Origin: Patescibacteria group bacterium
GTDB lineage: Bacteria; Patescibacteriota; Microgenomatia; UBA12405
DNA: 64,000 nt
Direction: 5' to 3'
Assembly: GCA_038062455.1 (NCBI GenBank)
Contig: JBBTXE010000001.1
Span: 58,371 to 122,370, forward strand
Made by a program: the position numbers and the translations under genes. Positions 16,542 to 25,238 of this stretch are shown here, piece by piece (the first letter of the stretch is position 1; each line of letters starts with the position of its first letter). The notes beneath the pieces were generated by a model, which was given only the letters and a program-made list of their open reading frames with translations, ran no database searches and was not told the origin of the DNA.

Positions 16542-18592
16542 TGGCCGGCAATTATTATTGGCTAATTTCCATTACTTCTGAATCGACTCGGGTCTCTCTC
16601 GTCTCTTTCGACTCCACTTCCACTGATGTCAAAAGTTTGGGTCCGGAAACTGCCTGGAATAGAGACTTACCTGATAGTCTAATCCGGGCAGTCGATACTT
16701 CACTTTCCGCCGCCTCTGCCGAATACCAATTACCTGCCGATTCGGAACCGGAGGATTGTGCTTTTATTATTCCACCGCTTTGGGTGGGGGATGATGGCCG
16801 TATTTATCCGGAAATTCTGAAAAGCTTAGAACAACTCTGTAAAGAATTAAAATTTCATCCCCTGGGTTTTATTGGCGACGACGACGCCTTTGTCGAGTCA
16901 TATAGTAGCGTCGATTCTTTTCCCGGAAGTTACATTCTACTCCACCTGCTATCAGACCGTTTTCAACTAACACTCGTCTATCTTGGCAGCATCAAAAAAA
17001 GAATCACCCGGGATTTTGGTAACGATTTTTCCGTCAAGCTTCTTGAAGATACTTTAATGGAACTAAATTTTTCCTCAGCCCTTCCTCCCAAGATCATTAT
17101 AATCGGCTCTTTTACCAACTCTCTTGTCGAAGACATCAAAAATTACAATTGGGTTGAAACCAAAGATACTGAAACTTTTCTTCATCTTCCCGACATAGTC
17201 ACTATTCCGGCTCTCGATCTTCAACAACTTTTTTCCCAGACCGTTTTTCATCAACTTTCTCCACTTGGCTCGCCGAAACCTCCCGGCGAAGGCGGCCTCA
17301 ACTCGTCTGAAGTCCCGCCTCCGGAATCCAAGCCTTCCTCAACCGAATTAGAGCCGTCACCAATATCGCTCGTCCCGGTCGATGCCTCCGACTTCGGTTT
17401 TGGTGAAGAAATGCCTATTCCGGAAACTGAATCAAATTTTGTCGAAGTTACCCCGCCTTTCCCAAAACATCATTTCCGCTATTATTGGTTACTCCCGCTG
17501 GTATTACTATTTTTCGTTCCCGTTTTACCACTATACTTGGCAAAAACCGAACTTATCCTCCATTTCACCCCCATTGAGTTTAAGGATAGTTTTATTTTAA
17601 CCCTTGATTCCACCGCCGCTACCACTACCAACAATCTAATTTCCGTTTCTCAAAAAAATCTCAGTCTTTCTGTTAGTGCTTCTATCCCTACCACTGGGAA
17701 AAAAGAAATCGGGGAAAAAGCCCGGGGTGAAGTTGTTATTTTTAATAAACTCGATACTATCCAAAATTTAAATAAGGGAGTTATTTTCTCTGATCCAAAC
17801 GGCCAAAAGTTTGAACTTACCGGAAATCTTCAGGTTCCTGGAAGCACCTACAATTTAGATGCCGGAATTATTACTCTGGGTCAGGCCAAAACATCACTCA
17901 TCGCGGTTAATATCGGTCCCGAATCGAATTTACCTGCCAAGACTCAACTTATTTCCTCTAATCCTAACCATTTCGTTAAAGTCTTATCAGGCTTAACCGG
18001 TGGTACCAAAGAACAGGTTTCTATTGTTTCTGCTGAAGACCGCTCCCGGATACTGGAAATCGCCCGTCAAAACCTTCAGGAAAAAGCCAAAAATCAAATT
18101 CAATCCGAATCTGCCCCCGGTTTAACAATTTTTGATTTAACTGCCTTCTTCAATAACCCCAAAACGGATTTTAATCGGGAAATTGGTGAAGCCACTGATT
18201 CTCTGGCTCTAAATCTTTCTGCCCAAGTTAGTTTTCTTTATGTTGACACCGCCACCAAATCAAAAATTCTGTCCTTATTACTTCAAAATAACCCAAAACT
18301 ATCCGGACTCGATCCCAATTCCCTAAGTCTTAATCTTTCCTTTGTCCCCAAAGATTTAACCTCTACTAAATCCACCGGCACCCTCATTATTTCCGGACAA
18401 GGGAACCCTCAAATCGACATTAATTCTCTCCGCCGTCAGTTGGCTTTTAAAAACGATTCCGAAGTCAAAAAAATCGTTTCCGCTTTACCCCGTTTCTATA
18501 ATCTCACCGTCAAAAACAGTTTAGGGTTTATTAACCTTTTTCATCGTCTGCCAAGAAATCCCGATAAAATAACTATTGTTACTAAAAATTAA
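16541..18592 (+). CDS. hypothetical membrane protein with a baseplate-J-like C-terminal region
   Basis: About 683 aa with a central TM helix. C-terminal repeats of the GEVVIFN...IPAKTQL type recall baseplate J/gp47-like domains. The start (TGATG) overlaps the alaS stop. Confidence 0.45.
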   Translation: MAGNYYWLISITSESTRVSLVSFDSTSTDVKSLGPETAWNRDLPDSLIRAVDTSLSAASAEYQLPADSEPEDCAFIIPPLWVGDDGRIYPEILKSLEQLCKELKFHPLGFIGDDDAFVESYSSVDSFPGSYILLHLLSDRFQLTLVYLGSIKKRITRDFGNDFSVKLLEDTLMELNFSSALPPKIIIIGSFTNSLVEDIKNYNWVETKDTETFLHLPDIVTIPALDLQQLFSQTVFHQLSPLGSPKPPGEGGLNSSEVPPPESKPSSTELEPSPISLVPVDASDFGFGEEMPIPETESNFVEVTPPFPKHHFRYYWLLPLVLLFFVPVLPLYLAKTELILHFTPIEFKDSFILTLDSTAATTTNNLISVSQKNLSLSVSASIPTTGKKEIGEKARGEVVIFNKLDTIQNLNKGVIFSDPNGQKFELTGNLQVPGSTYNLDAGIITLGQAKTSLIAVNIGPESNLPAKTQLISSNPNHFVKVLSGLTGGTKEQVSIVSAEDRSRILEIARQNLQEKAKNQIQSESAPGLTIFDLTAFFNNPKTDFNREIGEATDSLALNLSAQVSFLYVDTATKSKILSLLLQNNPKLSGLDPNSLSLNLSFVPKDLTSTKSTGTLIISGQGNPQIDINSLRRQLAFKNDSEVKKIVSALPRFYNLTVKNSLGFINLFHRLPRNPDKITIVTKN

Positions 18593-18593
18593 C

Positions 18594-19319
18594 ATGGGCT
18601 ACACCTATTTAAAAAAGTCTTCACCAAAAAGTCGCCGCCATTCCCTCAAGCCCCGAAAAATTTTTGCTGTTGTTTTTTTAAGTCTAGGGGTGTTTTTATT
18701 TCTCTCCGCCGTTTTACCCATTATTCAGTTTCAATTTGAGTATTCTCTTAAATTTAATCAAATAATCAGCCCTCTTTCTTCCCGTTTTTCCGACTCCGGC
18801 TCTGTTTTAGGCGAGAATACCGATTTTACCCAGCTGTCAAATTGGTTCATACCGGGTTCCGCCGTTGTCTCAAGTAACCCTAATTTTTTTTCACCCGACA
18901 ACAAAATTGCCTCCTATTCAATCTCTATTCCTAAACTAAAAATTAGTGAGGCTGAAGTTCTTTTTGGCAGTTCAGATCTAAAAACCAGTTTAATCCAATA
19001 CCCCCAAACCGCCCTTCCGGGTCAGCTGGGTAGTTCGGTAATTTTCGGACATTCGGTTTTACCCCAGTTTTTCAATCCCAAATCCTATCTAACTATTTTT
19101 TCCACTCTCTATAAATTAAAGTTGGGTGATGAAGTTTTTGTTGATTTTGATAACGTCAAATATCGCTATTTAGTTGAGGAAATGTATGAAGTCCAACCCA
19201 CTGATCTTTCGGTGCTGGAACAACGCTTTGATGGCCGCTATCTCACCCTTATTACCTGTTCACCTCCGGGTACTTATCTTCGCCGCCTAATTGTTAAAGC
19301 CCGGATTGTAGAAATTTAA
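18594..19319 (+). CDS. sortase family transpeptidase
   Basis: N-terminal TM anchor, catalytic His (VIFGHS), TLITCSP (TLxTC) Cys motif and a conserved Arg near the C-terminus. Confidence 0.8.
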   Translation: MGYTYLKKSSPKSRRHSLKPRKIFAVVFLSLGVFLFLSAVLPIIQFQFEYSLKFNQIISPLSSRFSDSGSVLGENTDFTQLSNWFIPGSAVVSSNPNFFSPDNKIASYSISIPKLKISEAEVLFGSSDLKTSLIQYPQTALPGQLGSSVIFGHSVLPQFFNPKSYLTIFSTLYKLKLGDEVFVDFDNVKYRYLVEEMYEVQPTDLSVLEQRFDGRYLTLITCSPPGTYLRRLIVKARIVEI

Positions 19320-19855
19320 ACCTGGTTTTTTCTACTCCAATATAATTTTTCGGTCAAACCGCCCTCTCTCTCAAACTTTTCAATCATGGCTTTGATCTGT
19401 TTTTCGAGAAGATAGGTGACAATGTGGCAGAGAGTCAATAAAAAATTCGCGTTTGCCTCGGGATTATTAGATAGTTTCGCTTTGACTTTTAAGTCACCTA
19501 AGTCACTTAAGTTTCTTAAGTTACTTAAAGAATAAGCAATTGTCTGAAATTTTCCAATAATTATCGAACCTTTCTCGTAAACTTTCATTTGATGTTGTCT
19601 TAGGAAGTCTTCATAATCGGCTTGCAGTTCTTCAAAAGACGCCTTGGCTACGCCCAATAGTTTTATTTCTCCCTTTTTCGAGGTTTGGCTTTGTCCGACT
19701 CCTTCAACAATATTTTGTTTTCCTGATCTAGCGGCCTGTTCCATCTGGTCCCTTGTTCGGGATTTATAATCAATGTTTTTTTTAACAAACTCCACCGTCA
19801 AATCATGGATAATCAAAGCATATCTGTAGGTTAAAAGATATTTATATTTTTCCAT
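19316..19855 (-). CDS. four-helix-bundle protein (23S rRNA intervening-sequence-protein-like)
   Basis: YRYALIIHDLTVEFVKK...QMEQAARSGKQNIVEG...ASFEEL pattern of the four-helix-bundle (TIGR02436-like) family. Confidence 0.65.
   Translation of the reverse strand: MEKYKYLLTYRYALIIHDLTVEFVKKNIDYKSRTRDQMEQAARSGKQNIVEGVGQSQTSKKGEIKLLGVAKASFEELQADYEDFLRQHQMKVYEKGSIIIGKFQTIAYSLSNLRNLSDLGDLKVKAKLSNNPEANANFLLTLCHIVTYLLEKQIKAMIEKFEREGGLTEKLYWSRKNQV
19490..19528. repeat. 9-bp tandem repeat TAAGTYWCY x4.3 inside the four-helix-bundle gene
   Basis: taagtcacc taagtcact taagtttct taagttact taaag, translated on the minus strand as LSNLRNLSDLGDLK. Confidence 0.8.
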
Positions 19856-19876
19856 CGGTTAAAATAGAATATCACT

Positions 19877-20257
19877 ATGAAAAGTTTTTTAGCTATCGAC
19901 TATGGCACCAAAAGAATTGGTTTGGCCTATACCCAAAACAACATTATTTTTACCCTACCTCAACTCCAAAATAATAAAAACCTTTTTTCAAAAATTAAAA
20001 AAATAATCTCCGATTATCACATTCAAAAAATCTATATTGGTTTATCCGAAGGTTATGTTGCTACCCAAACTCTTGATTTTATTTCCCGGCTTAGAGGACA
20101 ATTAAGTATTCCTGTTGATACTGTTGAGGAAGCGGTATCCACTCTTGAGGCCGAATCTTTATACAAAAAGTTAGGCAAAAAGAAAAAAGAACATAAAAAA
20201 AATATTGACTCCTTTTCTGCTGCCGTGATTCTAGGTCGGGCTTTGGGGTATAATTAA
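19877..20257 (+). CDS. ruvX: Holliday junction resolvase-like protein RuvX/YqgF
   Basis: FLAIDYGTKRIGLAY N-terminal RNase H-like motif; 126 aa. Confidence 0.85.
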   Translation: MKSFLAIDYGTKRIGLAYTQNNIIFTLPQLQNNKNLFSKIKKIISDYHIQKIYIGLSEGYVATQTLDFISRLRGQLSIPVDTVEEAVSTLEAESLYKKLGKKKKEHKKNIDSFSAAVILGRALGYN

Positions 20258-20259
20258 CT

Positions 20260-20457
20260 GTGTTCAAAAATCTTATTTCTCCTATCCAAGCCTGGCTTCT
20301 ATCCCAGAGACGCTGCGTTGGTTGTGGTGAAGCCCTATCGAAAGGTAGGCGCCAAGATGTTCGGGGTCAAACGACCGTCACTTGTCGTTGTGGCCGCATC
20401 TTTATCCACGACTTCAAAAAAGGAAGCTATCGTCGGGCACTTTTTGACGAGGTCTAA
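20260..20457 (+). CDS. hypothetical zinc-ribbon protein
   Basis: 65 aa with a GTG start. CVGC...CRC cysteine pairs. The stop overlaps the mltG start (TAATG). Confidence 0.35.
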   Translation: MFKNLISPIQAWLLSQRRCVGCGEALSKGRRQDVRGQTTVTCRCGRIFIHDFKKGSYRRALFDEV

Positions 20458-21371
20458 TGAAGTGGCGTTATTTTATTGCCAGCCTGGGTACCCTCTTGCT
20501 TTTTTTAGTCGTGTCTCTGCTTGTTTTTTCCCGGCCTCAATCCTCCGACTCCTCACTTCGGCCCTTTGTTATCAATCAAGGGGAAAGTATTGTTGATATT
20601 GGCCAACGTTTGGGTAAAAATCATTTTATCACCAGCCCTCTGATTTTTATTTTTTGGACAGCATTAAGCGGACAAAAAAACAACATTAAAGCCGGAAAAT
20701 TTGATATAGCTTCTTCTTGGGATGTCAGAACCCTAATTAAAGAACTGACCACTGGCGGTACGGCCGACTATTGGTTCAAAATTATTCCCGGACAGCGCTT
20801 GGAGGAATTTACCCAAGACAATCTACTTTCGGTTGCTGATGGCAAAGAAGGTTATCTTTTCCCCGACAGTTACCTAATCCCTGAATATTTTACTCCCGAA
20901 GAAATAATCACTCTCATCACCAAAAATTTTAATCAAAAAATTAAATCTCTAAATATCAGCAGTCAAAACCTGTCAGAAATTGTCACTCTGGCCTCCCTCC
21001 TGGAAAGAGAAGCCAGAACCAAAACCGATAAGCAAAAAGTTGCCGCCGTTCTCTTAAACCGTCTCCAAGCCGGCATGCCTCTTCAGGTTGATGCCGCCGT
21101 TCAATATGGCCGCGACAGTATCGTTAAACCTTCAAAATACTGGTTGCCTCTTACCAAAACCGATTTACAAATCAACTCTCCTTTTAATACCTATCAAAAC
21201 CGCGGTCTGCCCCCGACACCCATTTGTAATCCCGGCCTCGATTCTCTCTTTGCGGCCCAAAACCCCCTACCTTCCGACAATCTCTATTACATCTCCGGCT
21301 CCGATGGTCTCATGCATTTTGCCAGTACTCTCGCCGACCACAACCAAAATATTGCCAAATATCTAAAATGA
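20457..21371 (+). CDS. mltG: endolytic murein transglycosylase MltG (YceG-like)
   Basis: N-terminal TM helix; LASLLEREA...LQVDAAVQY...SPFNTYQNRGLPPTPICNPG motifs. Confidence 0.88.
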   Translation: MKWRYFIASLGTLLLFLVVSLLVFSRPQSSDSSLRPFVINQGESIVDIGQRLGKNHFITSPLIFIFWTALSGQKNNIKAGKFDIASSWDVRTLIKELTTGGTADYWFKIIPGQRLEEFTQDNLLSVADGKEGYLFPDSYLIPEYFTPEEIITLITKNFNQKIKSLNISSQNLSEIVTLASLLEREARTKTDKQKVAAVLLNRLQAGMPLQVDAAVQYGRDSIVKPSKYWLPLTKTDLQINSPFNTYQNRGLPPTPICNPGLDSLFAAQNPLPSDNLYYISGSDGLMHFASTLADHNQNIAKYLK

Positions 21372-21937
21372 TCAGATTAGCCAAACTTCTTTCCCAAAAA
21401 GTTATTTTCAATAAATACGGCAAGAAATTAGTCGTCGATACGGTCAAACTACTCGATGGCACCACCGGTGACTGGACCTATTTCATTTGCCAACCGGGGG
21501 TAATTATTGTTTCCCTAACCCCTGGTTTAAAAATAATTTTGGTCAAACAATATCGCTACACTCTTAAAACTTTTACTTACGAAAATCCGGCGGGGGGTTG
21601 TCACCCGAATCAGATGCTAAAATCTGCTGCTAAGCAGGAACTTCTCGAAGAAACTAGTTATGTAGCTCCAAAAATTATTTCTTTGGGAACATATTACGAT
21701 CTCCCTAGTGAAACCAACCACCAATCTCAAACTTTTTTGGCTCTAAATTGTCGACTAATAGAAACACCCAAATTAGATAACGAAGCTGAAATCTATGAAG
21801 AGTTATCTGTTGAAACCCACTCATTTTTAGATATTTTCAACTCTCTTGGCCAAAAAAATTCGTTAATCAAAAGCTCCGAACATACTGCGGCTATTTTTTT
21901 GGCCCATCGCTATTTATCTTCTCGTCACTTGCTTTAA
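21368..21937 (+). CDS. NUDIX hydrolase
   Basis: Nudix box GG...SAAKQELLEETSY. Confidence 0.7.
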   Translation: MIRLAKLLSQKVIFNKYGKKLVVDTVKLLDGTTGDWTYFICQPGVIIVSLTPGLKIILVKQYRYTLKTFTYENPAGGCHPNQMLKSAAKQELLEETSYVAPKIISLGTYYDLPSETNHQSQTFLALNCRLIETPKLDNEAEIYEELSVETHSFLDIFNSLGQKNSLIKSSEHTAAIFLAHRYLSSRHLL

Positions 21938-21965
21938 TTATTCATTATTTGTTACAATAATTACA

Positions 21966-22169
21966 ATGAAAAAACCAATCGTCTATATCCTAGCTGTTTT
22001 TGGTGCTGTTTTTGTCTATTATTTACTTCGGGCTGTTTGGGGAGGGTTTTCCTCTACTGCTGCTCCCAACAAAATGGTTCAAAAAGCCAAATGTGTTGCC
22101 GAATGTCGGAAAAATGCTTTAAGTGAAAATTGTGATCAATATTGCCTAGATCAGTCATTTAATCAATAG
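21966..22169 (+). CDS. small membrane-anchored protein with a twin Cx3C motif
   Basis: 67 aa. N-terminal TM helix, then CVAEC...CDQYC. Confidence 0.4.
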   Translation: MKKPIVYILAVFGAVFVYYLLRAVWGGFSSTAAPNKMVQKAKCVAECRKNALSENCDQYCLDQSFNQ

Positions 22170-23169
22170 GTTTTTTGTTCACCAACTCGTCTAATATTCT
22201 CCACCTTCTCTTCTTTTCACTCATCGGTACGTCATCCTCATATAGTTTGGCGGAAACTGTGCCTCGCCTCGGGCTATACTTATTTATATAAGCAATTTCA
22301 AATATGACCTTTTTACAGACCGAAACTGTTTTTTGAAAAGCGGCTTCGTCCTCTCCCGGAAACCCGACAATTATATCGGTTGACAATCTTACTCCCGGAA
22401 TTTTCTTTTTAATTCTTGACACCAATTTCAAATATTCCTCTTGTGTATATCCCCGTTTCATTCTTTTCAAAATTTCATCATCACCCGACTGAAAAGGCAG
22501 ATGAATTAAGCGGTCAATATTTTTATATTTGGCGATGGTGTCAATTAGCTCATCCGAAAAATCCCAGGGGTTACTACTAATAAATGAAACTTTTTTTAGA
22601 TTTTTTTGGGCCACTGCCTCCAGTAATTTTGGGAAACTGGGCTGGTAGGAATTTACATTTTGTCCAATCAATACTACTTCTTCAAAGCCCTTGTCTATCG
22701 CTTTATCCACCTCATTTAAAATTTCCTTCATGCTTCTGGATATTTCCCGACCGCGGGAGTAGGGGACTATACAATAGGAGCAATAATTGTCGCAACCGGA
22801 GCTTATTGGAACCAATGCCGCGCTTCTATTTCTCCTTAGTGGCTCTACTTCAAAACTAATGTTTTTTATCGGCAACATCTCATCTACACCCTCGATCTTC
22901 TTTTTAGCAATCGGCACCAAACACCCGGTCAAAATAATTTTGGGTTTTTTATTCGTAATTCGTAATTCGTAATTCGTAATTTTATTGATGAGTCCATATA
23001 CTCTGTTTTCTGCCGATTCCCGGACGACACAACTATTTATAACTACCACATCTGCCTCTTTCCAATCATCTACCAATTTATCACCCTTCTCCCAAAAAAA
23101 GGTTTTTATCCTCTCCGAATCAGCTTCATTCTGAACACAACCAAAAGTCTTTATATAAATTTTCGCCAT
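22159..23169 (-). CDS. MiaB/RimO-family radical SAM methylthiotransferase (no TRAM domain)
   Basis: IKTFGCVQNEADSE N-terminal domain; radical SAM CDNYCSYC. The start at the internal ATG (MAKIYIK) avoids overlap with the neighbouring gene. Confidence 0.8.
   Translation of the reverse strand: MAKIYIKTFGCVQNEADSERIKTFFWEKGDKLVDDWKEADVVVINSCVVRESAENRVYGLINKITNYELRITNKKPKIILTGCLVPIAKKKIEGVDEMLPIKNISFEVEPLRRNRSAALVPISSGCDNYCSYCIVPYSRGREISRSMKEILNEVDKAIDKGFEEVVLIGQNVNSYQPSFPKLLEAVAQKNLKKVSFISSNPWDFSDELIDTIAKYKNIDRLIHLPFQSGDDEILKRMKRGYTQEEYLKLVSRIKKKIPGVRLSTDIIVGFPGEDEAAFQKTVSVCKKVIFEIAYINKYSPRRGTVSAKLYEDDVPMSEKKRRWRILDELVNKKPID
22951..22981 (+). repeat. heptanucleotide tandem array (ATTCGTA) x4.4 inside a CDS
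   Basis: attcgtaattcgtaattcgtaattcgtaatt, read on the minus strand as ITNYELRITN within the methylthiotransferase. Confidence 0.9.
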
Positions 23170-23174
23170 TGAGC

Positions 23175-23645
23175 CTATCTTATCACCCTGACTCCACCCA
23201 ATACCAAAAACAGTGCCATCCCCATCAATATTAGTGTCGGCCAAATTGTTCCCACCGCCGGTAAAGCCTCACTACCACCCTTTTCCACTGCCTCCCAATT
23301 AACGTTACCCGCCCCAATTGTTAGGGTAAATTTTATCTCACTGCCACTATTAGTCAGTATTACGCTATGGTCGCCGTCACTTAAGACTTCTATCGGTGTA
23401 AACACCCAATCTCCGGCACTATTGGCACTTACCTGCAAAGCCGTTCCGTCAATGTCCACTATCACGTCTCCACCGGCACCCGTTTCTCCCCGAAAAGTCG
23501 GTTGACTGCCACTGTACCACCAATGACTTATTTGTTTTCCGTCAGTACTTACATTTCCAATCGATTTCAGATTAAAACCGGCCGCCAAGGCTTCGGAAAC
23601 CGTCAAAAAAAATATTGCCATTACCAATAACCAAATTTTCTTCAT
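23175..23645 (-). CDS. secreted Ig-like-fold surface protein with a C-terminal LPAVG cell-wall sorting signal
   Basis: Signal peptide MKKIWLLVMAIFFLTVSEALA. The C-terminus is LPAVG, then a hydrophobic stretch, then RVIR. Confidence 0.6.
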   Translation of the reverse strand: MKKIWLLVMAIFFLTVSEALAAGFNLKSIGNVSTDGKQISHWWYSGSQPTFRGETGAGGDVIVDIDGTALQVSANSAGDWVFTPIEVLSDGDHSVILTNSGSEIKFTLTIGAGNVNWEAVEKGGSEALPAVGTIWPTLILMGMALFLVLGGVRVIR

Positions 23646-23709
23646 AAATAAATATTATGCCCTACCTCGTTCACTTGCAAGTCACGATTTTTCATGCCAT
23701 AGTTATCCT

Positions 23710-24648
23710 ATGGCCGATTCTAGCGACAACGATCAATTGCAAAAACAGTATCAGGAAATTTTAAATCAGTACGCCGACGCTCTTAGTAAAAATCCACCAC
23801 CCCCAGCCCCAGAAACACTGCCTCCGCCTCCGGAAATAATTCCCCCTTCTGTTTCCACGCCACCATCACCTCTTTTCTTCAAAATTCTTTTTTATTTTTC
23901 CTTACTTATCTTTTTAGCGGTCGTAATTGCGGTTGTTAAAAGTTTTACTAAAAATCAACAACCTTCCTCTAATTCTTCTCCCGCCCCTGTTCCCACTGAA
24001 ACTCAATCAGTAGCAGTTTGTGAGCTAAACGAAAATACTTATCAAATTAATGAAATTTTTTCTGCCGCCGACGGCTGTAACACCTGTGCCTGCCAACCCG
24101 ATCAACTTATTATTTGTACCCAAATTGCCTGCACTACCCCAACCAAATCCACTCCCACCAAAACCTCCACCACCCCCACCACTACATTGGTTTTTCCAAA
24201 AGTCAAATTGCTCGACACTTCCGCTTGGCAGACATATACCTGCGGTCCAATTTCCTACAAAGCTCCCGCCGATTACAGCGCCAAATGTAACTCTGACGCC
24301 GATGTTCTAATCAGCAAAAACAACGAATATTCAACCCAAGCCAATATCAACATCCGTTCTTTTGACGGTAGCTCCCGTCGGCAATATTGGATAAAGCTTC
24401 TTCAGGCCTCCCCGGCAGATGTTGAAAAATATATGCGTTTTCAGGAAACTCAATTTGGATCGATAGTAGGGCTTGACGTTTTTGCTTCCGGCGGTTGGTG
24501 GCAGGGAGGTTATGCCAGCCCAATTTTAATCGCCTTCGGCAAAACTATCGTGGCCATTCATGGCGGTCGGACATTTGATGATCAAACCAACCAAATCTCC
24601 CGTTGGGATTTTACCGACACCATTGCCTCAACAATTAAATTAAAATAA
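23710..24648 (+). CDS. hypothetical membrane-anchored protein (Pro-rich N-terminus, Cys-rich module, Thr/Pro linker)
   Basis: 312-aa ORF with one TM helix and a DGCNTCAC...CTQIAC cysteine cluster. Confidence 0.5.
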   Translation: MADSSDNDQLQKQYQEILNQYADALSKNPPPPAPETLPPPPEIIPPSVSTPPSPLFFKILFYFSLLIFLAVVIAVVKSFTKNQQPSSNSSPAPVPTETQSVAVCELNENTYQINEIFSAADGCNTCACQPDQLIICTQIACTTPTKSTPTKTSTTPTTTLVFPKVKLLDTSAWQTYTCGPISYKAPADYSAKCNSDADVLISKNNEYSTQANINIRSFDGSSRRQYWIKLLQASPADVEKYMRFQETQFGSIVGLDVFASGGWWQGGYASPILIAFGKTIVAIHGGRTFDDQTNQISRWDFTDTIASTIKLK

Positions 24649-24658
24649 AGTATTTTTT

Positions 24659-25123
24659 ATGAAACAATCAAACCGTCTAGTCATTATTCTTTTCTCCCTC
24701 GTTGCCGTTCTTTTTGTCACGGTTTTTTACCTACTATATATAATAAACATCCCCAAACCGCTTCCCCCAATTTATGAAGAAGTTTTAGGAATTCAAATTA
24801 ATACCTGTTGCTCTTGTCCCACTCGAATTTCTTCTTCTTTAATCGGCACCGATGGTTGGGTTATCTATGAAAAAGGCAAAAATTATTCTCAATTTCTCCC
24901 TGAAAAATGTAAACCCACTGTTTGTCAGCCCTGTCCTCCTCTTGAAGAGGAGCTCTCTTCTCTGCCTGATTCAGATCTTCGTCGGGGTTGGTATTGGGGT
25001 ACGGAGGATCAAAAGCAACTAGGCACCCCCGATACTTGGGTATTCACCGAAGCCGGCCGAGGCTCCTGTTGGCACGATCCGAATAATGACTGTAGTTTTT
25101 CCCCTTCAGAAGCCGCCTATTAG
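24659..25123 (+). CDS. hypothetical membrane-anchored Cys-rich protein
   Basis: 154-aa ORF with an N-terminal TM helix and multiple CxxC-type pairs. Confidence 0.5.
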   Translation: MKQSNRLVIILFSLVAVLFVTVFYLLYIINIPKPLPPIYEEVLGIQINTCCSCPTRISSSLIGTDGWVIYEKGKNYSQFLPEKCKPTVCQPCPPLEEELSSLPDSDLRRGWYWGTEDQKQLGTPDTWVFTEAGRGSCWHDPNNDCSFSPSEAAY

Positions 25124-25146
25124 CTAAACTGATCCAAATCATCTTC

Positions 25147-25175
25147 TTGCTCTAGGTATAATATGTGTGTATAAT
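25147..25175 (+). promoter_or_regulatory. candidate rpoBC promoter: -35 TTGCTC, 17 nt spacer, -10 TATAAT
   Basis: Hexamers read directly. A second TATAAT lies at 25157-25162. Confidence 0.35.
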
Positions 25176-25238
25176 CTACAAATTCGGCGAGCGGTTGGTA
25201 CATAACTCGTCTATTAGCAATACAACTCAAACTATTTG

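Noticed and set aside
19856-19876. Possible echo of the sortase gene tail downstream of the four-helix-bundle gene, and similar weak tail similarities after the secY, fusA and pnp cassettes.
   Set aside because: The matches are short, AT-rich and need gaps. They are not distinguishable from chance, so they were not counted among the gene-tail echoes.
22951-22981. Heptamer arrays considered as a CRISPR or other spacer-containing array.
   Set aside because: The units are 7 nt, directly abutting with no spacers, and no cas genes are present. They are microsatellite-like arrays, not CRISPRs.
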